From the NCBI RefSeq assembly GCF_003918875.1, contig NW_025765392.1, positions 1,116,001 through 1,180,000 on the forward strand: a stretch of DNA of 64,000 nt, written 5' to 3'. Below are positions 11,417 through 24,196 of the stretch, piece by piece (the first letter of the stretch is position 1; the number at the start of each line of letters is the position of its first letter). This stretch comes from Haliotis rubra (lineage: Eukaryota). The notes below the pieces were generated by a model. That model saw only the letters and a list, made by a program, of their open reading frames with translations, did no database searches and was not told the DNA's origin. A program made the position numbers and the translations under genes.

Positions 11417-14400
11417 AAGAGAAAGATAACAAGAAGAGGAAAGATAGTGGTGTTGCCATCAGGCGAAGCAAGCGAAACTCCAACAGTAAAAATGGAAAGA
11501 AAAAGAAAAAGAAGTCGGAGAAGAAGAAGGAAGAAAAGTCCAAGAAGAAGAAAAATTCCAAAGATGAGGGCAAGAGCAACGTTGTCGTGGCTGCTGCTGA
11601 CGGATCCTTGAACATCAGCAAGAGTGTAGAACCACTCCACGAATCTGTTGAAGCTGCCACAGATGAAGCTAAAGTATTAGCGTTGTCGGAGGAGAATGGT
11701 ACCCAGGTTCTGACATCAGACAATGCCGTTGAGGAAGATTTGGTAGCGGCTGTGACAGCTGTAATGGATTCCAACGTGTCTGAAGGTAAGATGGAAGCTG
11801 AACCATCAGCAGAAGAAATTGTAGCACCGACGACGGCTACAGAAGTGGCATCAGCTCCTTCTACTGAAAAGGTGTCGGTCACGGAAGAGGGACGAGAACG
11901 AGCTCTCAAAACCATTGTTGAAAGTTCTGCACAGGAAGAGATAATTCAGTCCGTCGAGGCGACAGTGCAAGAAGCTGCACCTAGCACAGAAACATCTGAC
12001 GGAGTCGCACCTTCATCTTCAGTAGCCGAGGTTGACCAACAGCCTGTTAGTCCTGTCGTATCAAACGCTGGTGACAATGGTGTCTTGAAGCGTGTGTCAC
12101 TGGGACCAAGACTAAAAACAGCAATTTTGAAGAAATATAGCGGTGCTGGAGATGCACCACCGGAGACCAGAGTTACTTTGACTAAACCCAAAATTGTGGA
12201 AGTAACTGATCTAGTGCCTCCTCCCAGGAAAAACAGACCTCGACGCACACTGTCGCAGACGGCGAGCACTACTTCTAGCAGTGATCTTAACACTAGTAGC
12301 AGTCTAAGTCCGTCTTCACCTCAGACGGATGATGACACAACAGTTGTTCCGGAAAAATCGGATGTGGGATCAGTTGTTGCACAAACACTCCAGGCAAGCA
12401 GTGATCTAAAAACTAACGTCAGTAGCGACGTAGATCCTTCAGCATCCACCATGGACAAGGGCAAGGACACTGAAGTTTCCTCATCAGAAAGGTTGGATGT
12501 GGGATCAGTTGTTGCACAGACACTTCTGTCCAGCTGTGATCTGAATACGAACGCCAGTAGCGACGTAGATCCTTCAGCATCCACCATGGACAAGGGCAAG
12601 GACACTGAAGTTTCCTCATCAGAAAGGTTGGATGTGGGATCAGTTGTTGCACAGACACTTCTGTCCAGCTGTGATCTGAATACGAACGCCAGTAGCGATG
12701 TAGATCCTTCAGCATCCACCATAGACAAGGGCAAGGACACTGAAGTTTCCTCATCAGAAAGGTTGGATGTGGAATCAGTTGTTGCACAAACACTCCTCTC
12801 CAGCTATGATCTGAATACGAACGCCAGTAGCGACGTAGATCCTTCAGCATCCACCATGGACAAGGACAAGGACACTGAAGTTTCCTCATCAGAAAGGTTG
12901 GATGTGGAATCAGTTGTTGCACAAACACTCCTCTCCAGCTGTGATCTGAATACGAACGCCAGTAGCGACGTAGATCCGTCAGCATCCACCATAGACAAGG
13001 ACAAGGACACCACCGTTACCTCGTTAGAACAGTTGGATGGAGAATCAATTGTTGCACAAACGGTCGAGGCCAGTGATCTGAACACTAACGTCAGTAGCGA
13101 CATAGATTCATCAGCAACTGCTACAGACAAGGATACAGCTAACACCGTTGAGAAGTCTGGCATTGAACCAACTGTTGAACAGGAACTCCAGTCCAGCAGT
13201 GAATGCAGTAGCCACGTTGATCCTCCTTCACTTAGGGCAGATGAGGATATACAAGGTATTTCCCAAGGAAAGACAGAATCAGGCTTGACCTCAACGGTCG
13301 TCAATATCGTCGAATCCCAAATTACTTCAGCCCCTGACATTGAGGTAACAGGTGGCGATGGGAGTACAGTTAATGTTGCTCTTGGGTCGGTTCTCAATGC
13401 AGATACTCAGTGTGTGATAACCGAAACTGTGTTAGCTCCTCTTGAAGCATCAGTTACTCTTGTAGAGAACGAGGATGAATCTCCTGTTAAAGCCATTCCG
13501 CTCTCTGATGCAGAATATAGAGATGGAGCTGGTTCAGAAGTCGTACCTAGCACGACACTTGCTGACCAGACTGAGACAGCTGTCGATGATATGGGGACAA
13601 ACACAGCTTCACTCTGCTTTGAGCCAACTCCAAAAGAAGAGCCTTCAGTAGATACAAGTGTAACAGAGCAAGTAACATCTCGAGAGCGCGCAGAGGTTGT
13701 GGAAGAAAGTGTGGCGTCCCAGTCGGAAGGTATGGTTGAAAGTGTACAACCAGATGCTCTTAAAGAAGAGTGTATTTTAAATGATATTGAGATTTACGTC
13801 GAACCTACGAAAACATTTGAGACTGAACCCGAAAAGCCAGATACAAACACTGAACCAGTTATCGTGATAGAGAGGATTCACACTGAACCTTATTACGGAC
13901 CTCTTCCTGGCAGTGAGGATGGTCAAAATGATGACACTGGGAGTGACGGTGTGGCGGACGTCACTGATGCAACCAAACAGAAATTCTCCCGCGAGACTGG
14001 AGAGGTTTGCAAAGAATGTGTTTGTGAGGATGAAGTTCCAATGAATGCAGATGAAGAAATTGCTGAAGTTACGGAAGTAGACGAAGTCGCTATAGTTGTC
14101 GAGAAAGTCATGAAAGTATCATCAGAGACTGAATCAGCCCTAAGTGATCATCAGTGCGTTAGTGCGACTGCTGAAACGCCCACTGAAGAGAGGCAAGAGG
14201 AAAGTTCGACAAATAAGGACAGTACTGGTCTGCACGCGGAAGACCATGACGAAAGCTCCAGCACAACAACCGACAGTACGATTGTTGACGAGGATGAACA
14301 CGACAGGACTATTGTTGAAGAAAAGAACGTAGCTAAAGAACCTGAAAACGAACACGCTTCAAATGAACGCAAACCTGCAATATGCAATGGTGACTCTAAT

Positions 14401-14680
14401 GGACTCACTCATGAGAGTGGCAGTGATTCTAGCTCCAGTGTGACAACTGAAACCTCCCGAGGTCAGGAGGAATGTACAGACACTGCTGTCGCCCATGAAG
14501 GCGACAGGAAAGTTGTGGTAGACTGTAACGATGAGCATATTGAGACATTGGTTGGCAAAGTTAATAGTGAGCACGATTCTTCAAGCCAGAGCGACAGAGA
14601 TCTGAGTGACAATAATAACAGTAAAATCATCATCTCGTCAGAACAAGAGAATATCATTGAGACCATCCAGAAAGTATCGG
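11417..14680 (+). CDS. Large coding exon 4 (1088 codons): Lys-rich start, then acidic Ser/Thr/Glu/Asp-rich, probably disordered region with a 45-aa repeat
   Basis: Acceptor tttccattcAG at 11415-11416, donor G|GTAAGT at 14681; 3264 nt, phase 1-1. Contains the 1035-aa ORF of the track, whose GTG start is not a real start. Confidence 0.88.
12361..13135 (+). repeat. Coding tandem repeat, 135 bp / 45 aa, 5 units plus a degenerate sixth
   Basis: Units start at 12361, 12496, 12631, 12766, 12901 and 13036 (DVGSVVAQTLLSSCDLNTNASSDVDPSASTMDKGKDTEVSSSERL). Confidence 0.95.
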
Positions 14681-15414
14681 GTAAGTGGCTGTAGTTTTGT
14701 CTTGAGTTTTATTATGATTTGTGTATTTCTCTTAAGGTAGATACAAATAATCGCGTGTTTTAACCGGGAATTAAATATTGATTCTGATGCAGTTAATAGC
14801 TGTTGCAGTAAAGGTAAAGGAGTGACGCTTTTGTAAGATCATGATTATTTAAGGTCTTGACTATGCAAGGTTATGATTGTAAAGCTGTCACATCATTCCT
14901 TTACAGTGACTTGTCTCATCTATGTCATCTTAGGCTATTGTCAAACTCCCCAGGGATTATACATTTAGGGATCCTTTCTATAGTATGCATCGCCATGACT
15001 TCAGGTAAAACTGACAGTCTACCAAACCACGAATACCGCTGGCCGAACCCCTTTTGCCATTGTACTAACAATTATACGACATGGATTCAACTTGTCAGCT
15101 TCATCATTGTGTGACGACTAGCTTTCACAAGCTGGTTTGGGGAATCAGTGTTGAGGGTAACAGGTGACTGTTTTTAGTTAGTAAAAATCTTTAAGCCCAT
15201 CGTGGAACACCCTAGGGTACGGATGCTTAAGATGCACAAGCTTTGAAATTAATAAAACGTAGGTGACATAAACTCTTTAGGATCATACACATGACTAGCC
15301 TTGGGTTTCTCTCATTTTTGTATACGTCCACTACAATCTACATTCCCTTTATTCTTTTCATCAGTATGTCGAGTCCAGAAAGTCGACATTTATATTTATG
15401 TAATGTTTGTGATA

Positions 15415-16414
15415 TACCGCTCAAAGTGTGCTTAGGATCACCGTTTTTAAGGTTGTGTGCATCTGTTGAAATAGCCAAAGATAATACTGAGTGAAGATAT
15501 GTTTTATGAACACAAATCTCTTAACATGTACAAGACAATCCAAACAAACAACCTGTAATCAATGATAAGTTAGATCAATACTCAGTCAAATTCAGAGTAT
15601 TTGATTCAGACATAAACTTAATAAAATCAAGAAAACCAAATCATTGTCACCTTCCCGGCAAATTCTCAGTAGCGTGTATGTAATACACGGGATGCGATCG
15701 CAGCCTGATACTGTCGTCTCTTGCTCCCATTAAGTGTCTGGATGGTTACATGGGAAACTGTTCCATTCTTCAGTAAGAGCATTGGCGAGTTTCTAGAGTT
15801 GCCGGAAGGAAAGCGCGTCGTGAGAGTCAGAGTACAAAAGTTAACGCCACTGGCGTTTGTGAGTATGGTGGCAGTCAGTAGCTGATGCTGCAAACACGTG
15901 TGTGGTGGAACGCTGTCGACCACCTGCAAGTCGCTGATTCAAGCGTCTTGTACCGATTCCATGTCTTTCTGATCACTCTTAGGGTGACACCAAAGATGTT
16001 TGCAACGTGAAGGTGTGTTGACATAGTTTCAACAACGCCTATGTATATGCCTAATATGCCGTTGGTCCGTCGACGTCTTTGACGCGGGGGTCGGGGTGGG
16101 GTAATAAGGGCTTCAGTTGTTGCCGTCTTCAGTAGCAAATGCTCTCTGAAAATGACATGCAACGATTCTGTCATGACATCATGCTCATGACAGCATGCCT
16201 CTCCGTTCACCACATCACAGGGGGGTGGGGGTAGGGGGGGTTACCCAATCATTTCGCCCCGGAATATTTCAATCTTCATGTGTTGAAGGTTTTCATATTA
16301 TAAAACGTGATCCTTAGCAAACTTTAAAACGTGATCCTTAGCAAACTTTAAAACGTGATCCTTAGCAAAATTTAAATATTATAAAACGTGATCCTTAGCA
16401 AAATTTGAATAGTA
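15415..16414 (-). mobile_element. Internally deleted Tc1-like DNA transposon
   Basis: Imperfect 27-bp TIRs (taccgctcaaagtgtgcttaggatcac / gtgatccttagcaaaatttgaatagta) flanked by TA; transposase relics VANIFGV..IRKTWNRY and C-terminal HTRY*. Confidence 0.75.
16301..16406. repeat. Four tandem copies of a 24-bp unit derived from the Tc1 TIR
   Basis: taaaacgtgatccttagcaaa at 16301, 16325, 16349 and 16382. Confidence 0.9.
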
Positions 16415-17819
16415 TAATTCATCTGCATGCATTGTCGGGATAAACCCTTTTCAAAGAATACTGTTAAGATCAAAATGGCTGTGAAAGGGGCTGTAAAATT
16501 ACCATTTCATCATTCATCACTCATTGTAAACGTCACATAAGAGTTAATCGTCAAGAATGACGATTCTGTAACATGCAGTGATACTTCACAGGGAGGTGTT
16601 GTATAAATGTCTAACCACAAAATGTCAACAACGTCGAGTTGAGAAGGCTATTGCCACAAATATATTTTGGAGGGTGTGTCTGCATTACATGCACACCGTC
16701 AGGTCCTATTCAGTGCTTGATATATCATATGTAACTATTTTTGGTATCATGGCTTACGCTTTTTCACTTTTATAGTTAGCAATTCAGTAACACGTTCTTC
16801 CATTTAAAAATGTTTAGACGAGGACATAGAATAATAGCAGTTGTCTTCTCCACAAAGTAAATCCCAAATGGTTGTGGGATCCCATTTCCATGTAACGACG
16901 TAAGCCGAGCAGCGGGACATGATATAGCCGTGCCCTGTAAACATTATCTGGATTAATGTGGAGGGGTCAGCATGTCAGACCAAGACGGATTTCAAACAAA
17001 ACATCTCGGCTCCTGGTCTTAAGTAGGCTGTAAATATACACCAGTGACATGGGGGAGATTGTAATTTCTAGATTTATTACATCGAACCTCTTCTAAACCA
17101 TAACACGGGAGTAAATGACATTCCAGTGTACTTGTCTAACAAAAGTACCCACTGACGATACGACTGGCTATTTTAAGATGATAAAAAGTGGGGCCGTTGC
17201 GTAGGTTTATTGGGTTACTGGGTTAACTGGTTTGAGAGCTCAATGAAATGTCGAGATATGATGTTAGAAGCAAGCCGTATTTTGCACAGATGACACGATA
17301 GTGGACTGTGCCCACCTACATTGTTAGTTGGGCACTAGTTCTGATGCAAACAATACTCAACAGCAAATGTAGATGATGCGAAATTACTTTGTTGGTAGAG
17401 CAGAACTCCATACGACACCACACACGAAGACCTGATAGTCAATGTTTATCAATCCAGAAAGGCTGAAATGGCTTCAGAATATGATCCCGAAGAGATTTCG
17501 TCTTTATTGCGTTATGTTTCTTAATAGCCGAACAGATTGTGAAACGAGGTGTCACAGTGTGATTTAGATTATTTTATGCTACCTTACCGTATGGAATTAC
17601 CGCTGATTTGCCGGGGACAGATAAAACTTCACCACATGTGATAGTAGTAGTTTTGATCTTTCGATGATACTTAAAATAATTTTAAGTGTATTTATATCCC
17701 ATGGAGATAAGGTGAAACTGGTCTGACTTGAATGTTTCCGATTGCGATTTTATACAGTAGTGATGCATTATGTTGGGTTAGGTGTCGTGACACTCGGTAC
17801 ATGCATCATTAAACTATAC

Positions 17820-18030
17820 GGTCCATGGTCCCTAGTATGGTGATCAAAGTTAACATATTTTAGATTTTCATACTAGTTTTACAATTATATCTTTGACATT
17901 CTAGCTATTTTTACTGTCCTTCGCTGACAGGTTTCTAATATTTACCATGATTTATTATGAAATTATATCTTGTATTTAGTCACGATATGGCTGAAAGATT
18001 GCAGATGTGACTTAAAATCATAACTCACTC
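17820..18030 (+). mobile_element. 5'-truncated 3' end of the I/Nimb-type LINE
   Basis: Homologous to the reverse complement of 58150-58420, including the terminal hairpin and ACTC tail. Confidence 0.8.
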
Positions 18031-18078
18031 TCTAAATAAACGATGCGGTAATGTGTCCATGGTGTTCTGTACCAAGTC

Positions 18079-18244
18079 GGGGGCGATAGGGTAGCCTAGT
18101 GGTTAAAGCGTTCGTTCATCACGCCGAGAACCCGGGTTCGATTCTCTACATGGGAACAATATGTGAAACCCATTCTAGTGTCCCCCGCCGTGATATTGCT
18201 GGAATTTGTTCTAAAAGCGGCGTAAAGTCAACTCACTCACTCAC
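18079..18244 (+). mobile_element. SINE family A
   Basis: Full length, somewhat diverged. Confidence 0.9.
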
Positions 18245-19904
18245 GCACCAAATCGTGTGCATCACGTACATGGAAACTGGGAATTCGTGAATGACGGTTA
18301 CTTCTACAGTTTCTTCTATAGGTTATATGCGTTAATCATGCCATTTCCCAAATATTTGTGATTGTGTTCATAGTTTCAACAACCCGTACAGTGTACTACT
18401 GTGCCGTGAAGATGAACGCTATTTCGGTAGTTAATCCCACCATGGACAGACAGTCACGTTTTGTGTGATCGCCCCTGCTTAACTGTTTCCCCCTGAACAA
18501 TGTACAGTGGACGTGACGAAGTGGGTGTTACCACGTCCAGGAGATGAAATATATCCTTATCTCTCTGGAAGACAAGCCTAATGCATTGCCAGATTCGCCC
18601 TTTGTGCTACAGGAGAAATTCCTCTTTTTACGCATGCCTTCTGCTGACCTCTCAGCTCTTACACAGACGTAAACACACTTTGCCCTGTAAGGTGTATACG
18701 TGATCACGATGCGTACCCCAGTGATGTTCAGGACAATTCATCCATGAACAGTTTATATATGTTTTCAAATTATGTTACCCACTCTTGTTTAACAGTTGTT
18801 TGATCAAGGCCTTGATACAGCTTTCAAAACGTATGGTAGACTTCTGGATGGCATTTCTAAATTTTATTCGTCAATGACGAACATTTTGTGAGATTTGATC
18901 TGGATTTTAGGTGTTATAAATGAATTTCCTGTGATTTTTGTTTGTGATCAACTTTGCATCAGGTTGTTACGGGTCCAGCAAGATATAATCGTTTCCCGAA
19001 CACCCGGTGTACGCACCAGTTGCAAGTCGCTCATAGGTACCTGCTTGTCCTTTTGTAATACACCCGGCTTTGGGGATAGTTTTTTTGCCATCGTTTCGTT
19101 GTATTTATTCCAGAGAATACACGTAGATTAGCTTGAATAACCACGGACCCCCTTCAAGAGTACATGCTGAGTGTCAAACACTTGAAACCATGGACATATA
19201 TAAACCTACATCAGAGGCAATGCCATAGTATTGGTGCATTCTCAGATCTGAAATCAGTCCTGCGGGCTGTGTTGCAGATTTTACAGACGCCTCGGTCGGT
19301 TAAAAATTGAATGCAAAAACAGCGCTTCATTGAATTCTCAGACCGATGACATCTGCTTTCATGGCGTGGTATCAGCAGATAATCGGTCCAATAATTGTTT
19401 TACAATAACACAAAATGTGATGGCATTGTTATAAATGTATAAGTCCTGCATCGCTTCGGGCCTTTCCGACACTAAGCTGAAACACCTTTAAATACTGACC
19501 AAAGCGGCGTTTACTGCAACCCACTCACTGATGGTGTAGTTACTACTAGTTAGTTTCATTCGTTTATGAACAGAGGGATATGATAAGAAAGCGTGTATAC
19601 AACTGTAATATGACAGTCTACGCGTGCTTTTTTCAACCAGAAGGCTGCGTTATATTTTTCTCATCTAATATGGCCCACCCCTCAGCATTGTTCTTCATTA
19701 GGTCAAAGATAAGAACCTGTGTTAAACACCTGGCTTCAGGCGACCACAAATAGCGCAAGCTATGAGCATGAATGGGGCATGTCAACATGTATTGCATTTG
19801 TTCTTGTTGCGGACCCTTCCTAATGGTCATGGAGTGCAGACCGAATGTTACCCCTACGCTTGTTTGCTTTTGACTTTTTGTACAACTGAATCACATTGTT
19901 ACAG

Positions 19905-19975
19905 ATCCCGTGAACCTAGTCTTGTCCGATAATTACACGTCAACTGCAGCTGCCGAGACGGTGGCTGGGGAGTGA
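19905..19975 (+). CDS. Probable terminal coding exon (DPVNLVLSDNYTSTAAAETVAGE*)
   Basis: T-rich tract and ttgttacAG acceptor; a phase-1 join gives an acidic, Ala/Thr-rich end and TGA at 19973-19975. An alternative acceptor exists at 20971-20972. Confidence 0.5.
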
Positions 19976-21546
19976 AGTCGACGCATCTACTGTCACGTGA
20001 CCACACAAACAGGCAGCAGGGGACCCTCCATCTACAGGGAGGAGAGACAAGATGGGGTGGACAACGGAGGGAAATATCGCCTGCGGATATGCTGAGCGCA
20101 TACATATTTCACAACAGCGCCTAGTGTTTAAAATAACACGCATTTAGGCCGAGGAAAGCATAAGATATACATGTATTTGTTATACAGCCACGGTGCTGGT
20201 ACTGCTATTTACAAACGGCCACTGATGTTGAGTTCCATCTCCGATAGATATATACCTAATTGCGTGTATGGGCGTGTGTGTGCACGCCCATGTGTTCGTC
20301 AGATGTAGAGTTCACATGAAGCTCTGTATAGTGCTCATTCACGACGACGGTGGCCAGATGAGGACTTCCATCATTGTACATGTTAACGTGCGGTTATATG
20401 GATCCCAAATCCTGTGATCCGAAACTTGCAATTTTCTATATGTAAACGTAATATGAACAATCGTTCCAATGTGCAAATTATTATTTATGAATAACGTATT
20501 TAATACCAAAGAGATTTTGTAGCCTGCAATATGTTTTGATATGTTATATTTCGTGTTGTTAAATGAAACGGTTGTGTATTGGAAACTTAAGTTCCAAAAC
20601 TGAATGGATAGTCTTCAAATTTCAGATGAAGCTGAAAGGAGAACATATTCCAATTAATGAAACAATACATCTAGCTACTGCATGTTTTTTCCTGCATGCT
20701 GAGTACGACACATGTATATGGAATATACGTTTTATACCATGGTATGTTTAATATACATAATCATATCTACCACCGAATACTTAGGGTCAATGTACGTCAC
20801 CATGTTCTAGTACAGCACCTCAGTAACCTCAGTGATGGGATTCAGTATACACGCATATATAACAAGGTAACTCGGTTGTGATAAAATTAAATAACGCCAA
20901 GAACACCGAACAATCTGTCCAAGTTTCACCTACATGTGAATAAACTTGTTTTTTCTTTGTTCCTCCCGACAGCCTCAGCCCGCGATGGATCAGATGTGAA
21001 TGTGTCAAGTAATAGTGTAATTTTATTGTTTACACTGCGGAAATACTTAAGGTTCATTTGAATATTTTCTTTTCCTAAAGGCAGCTAAGTCTACAAGCTT
21101 ATACACTCAATGAGCATTTTCCGAACATCACTCTTCATGTAACGACTTGTAGCTAGGTCGTGGGGTTGCAATTCTAACCAAAATTAATAGCAATATTGTT
21201 TTCCATGTGCGACGATGTTGTTAGCACTCCCACCGGTATATCTAACGTGGCTTGGCGAAATTCATCCATATATCTATATCATGTACTCAATGGTATAATT
21301 TTGCTACATTCCATATTTGCTACCACGAACTCGAGAAGGGAGATAACCACTGTCATTATTCCTGCCTAGAGAACACATTACGGGTCCACAAAGCATTATC
21401 ACGATACTCGAATACTACTTAACGAAATACCAGGTTCGATTATTTGTTATATGTATATTATTATTATTATTGTACATACTATGTATATTAATCGATCATG
21501 TTTACATCGATTATTATTATATTTTGTTAACGATAAAATATATTGG

Positions 21547-21552
21547 AATAAA
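21547..21552 (+). promoter_or_regulatory. Candidate polyadenylation signal of the + strand gene
   Basis: AATAAA at the end of an AT-rich stretch about 1.6 kb after the proposed stop; not unique. Confidence 0.25.
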
Positions 21553-21641
21553 ATAATGTAAGCAAAGTTTGCCTTGATACTTGTCTGTGCAGTTGACTCG
21601 AGAAACGTCGCCGAAGCATATCATTTACTAAAGCTCTTAAG

Positions 21642-21853
21642 TGAGTGAGTGAGTTCAGGTTTTTTTACGCCGCACTCAGCAATATTCCAGCTATATGGCG
21701 GCAGTCTGTAAATAATCTAGTCTGGACCAGACAATCCAGTGATCAACAGCATGAACATCGATCTACGCAACTGGGAACCGATGACATGTGTCAACCAAGT
21801 CAGCGAGCCTGACCAACCGATCCCGTTAGTCGCCCCGGATCTTCACGGGTTCG
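21642..21853 (-). mobile_element. SINE family B with internal deletion
   Basis: TSD aaagctcttaag, (ACTC)n tail. Confidence 0.9.
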
Positions 21854-23185
21854 AAAGCTCTTAAGGTCATTATACTGTTGAATGATTTCGATAGCTGCAC
21901 AGGGATGTAAATTAGGCTGCAACCGTCAGTTACACATGGTTCAAGTGGTCTGAGTATAGTAACACTTCCATGATCATCATTACATTGTGTATGCTACTCG
22001 GGATTGAATTCATTCAGTAACAAACCACATGAAATATAACTTCATGCACGATGCTCACCCTCATTGTCATTGAGTAAAACATGGGATAAAGATGAGCTCT
22101 TGGAAAAGAACCCTACCTTGTGGTTAAACACCCCATGTTCATTGACTTTAGACATGACCACTTTACTGACTATAAAATACTATTGTCATACAGTACAAAA
22201 CTTATTAGAATTTGTTGGACATAAACTGAGATAGTATGAGTTCGTCCGATGGTATACATGCATCATTCTTGTACACCGAAAACACCTGAAAATACCGAGA
22301 TTGGTAACTCCAAATGTGGGGCATGTGTCTTTATAGTTAAGCATATGGGTCCTCACCTTTATGAAAGCAGGCCTGATTGCTGTCTGTGAAATAATGTGAA
22401 AAGGTATTTGAAAATAAACATCAGCTTTCAAGCAAAACTTTATTACCATAAGTCGACCAAACCATGTGTGCTGCCGGAGAGATGCTGGACTCAAACACAG
22501 TGCCATGAATCACGCCATCTTGACTCAAATGGATCGTTGAGGACGTTGCATCACCGTCCACCTTTCCCCAAACACTAACTTTGACCACTATTTGATACAA
22601 GTGATTAATACACATATCCACATGGTGAATGTGGAATCGAACACCAGACCCATGAACCCTGCTTATGCGCTTACGCTTGCGTCACCAAACGACCACTGTT
22701 AACGGACGTGGCGCTGCCCTGCGGGAAGAATAGGATAGAATGAGCCAAGCTGACATTTGACGTTTGATAAGGAGTATGTCTCGCCGTATTGTCTTAAAGC
22801 GGATTTATACGGTTTTAATGAGTGTGATGGACATCAAACCGCTTAATTGTCTTCTGACTTTCAATGACTAATGCAAATCACAATCAGATATCCCTGTTAC
22901 ACTCTTTCTGTAAACTATTTATCCCATTGAAGATATAAAATATCAATAGTTATATCAAAATCCCCTTATTGTTCAGTAGTATATTACCATCTAACTGGAA
23001 TAACTTTAGAACGGCAGTTTGTACCAGGTGACATAGAGATGACCAAATCAATGGAGGGTATAGAGCGACATCATTTCAACTCGGTAGCTTTTGATTGCTT
23101 TACAATGGGGTGTATTGACGTAAGGCCGCAATTCTTCTATTCGTGAGTTACTGCAACTTCATCACCTATTGTTCTGCAGAAAGAC

Positions 23186-23351
23186 GGGGCGGTGGGGTAG
23201 CCTAATGGTAAAAGCGTTGGCTCGTCACGCCGAAGACCCGGGTTCGAATCCCCACATGGGTACAATATGTGAAGCCCATTTCTGGTGTCCCCCGCCGTGA
23301 TGTTGCTGGAATATTGCTAAAAGCGGCGTAAAACCAAACTCAGTCAGTCAG
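23186..23351 (+). mobile_element. SINE family A, (CAGT)n-tail subfamily
   Basis: TSD tctgcagaaagac. Confidence 0.95.
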
Positions 23352-23614
23352 TCTGCAGAAAGACACCCCATGTGGACAGAGCTAAATTACATTTTACCCC
23401 GGACAGTGTTTGTACTCTGGAAAGTGAAAATCATAATTGATTTCCGTTACCTTTCCATACAGCCTACGAAAGTGTTAGCGTAATTGAGAGAAAGAATCAC
23501 AAAATATGAAACCGTATCGTATTGACTCAACAAACACTACATCAAAGAGCTATGTTAACATAAAGGGTTGATATTCACTTATAATTGTACCATATTGTTA
23601 CTTCTGTCACTGCT

Positions 23615-23672
23615 TCTAGTTACGATATGGCTGAAATATTGCCGATGTGACTTTAAATCTTAACTCACTCAC
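23615..23672 (+). mobile_element. 58-bp extreme 3' end of the I/Nimb-type LINE
   Basis: Hairpin and (ACTC)n tail between TSDs tctgtcactgct. Confidence 0.85.
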
Positions 23673-24196
23673 TCTGTCACTGCTACAACAGTAAACAGAG
23701 CGGCGACACCGGGTGTTCGCGAAAGTGTGCTGTGCAAACCACCACACACCGACCCCAAACACGTAAAATTAGGCTCACACTAGAAACTATTGTGATCTCT
23801 GGGGTGTCAAATTTGGTAATGGCCACTTCCAAAGAGTTGGTGACCTTTTCTAAGGCCTTGAATAACGTATCCGTACCCTTTTGGCAACTGTTGTCTGGTG
23901 TTCTTTGATTGTCTTCACGCAGGAAGGTCCTCGGTTCTGCCTCAAACTTTGTGCACTTCAGATTAGCGTCAGTTAGAGTGAATTAGAAACCATACCAACA
24001 GACAAAGAGGACAGAATCAAAATGTAAACATCCCCTGTGCTCACCACAGCACCCCTAAGAACTAGCAGTCAAGTAGGCTGCGCATTGACTTTGTGAGAAT
24101 AGCCTACTGGTGTTAACCGGATATATTTATTTCGTAACTAATCGACACAGCTAACTGGTCAATTTTAGATTGATAGTGGTTGTTTTGTCAAATATA

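Noticed and set aside
11587-14694. 1035-aa ORF as a complete single-exon gene
   Set aside because: It starts at GTG, the frame is open upstream to an acceptor at 11416, and a consensus donor at 14681 precedes the stop. It is an internal exon.
20973-21061. Alternative last exon after a strong polypyrimidine acceptor (ASARDGSDVNVSSNSVILLFTLRKYLRFI*)
   Set aside because: Frame-compatible but unsupported. The 19905 exon comes first and fits the composition better; this one cannot be excluded without RNA data.
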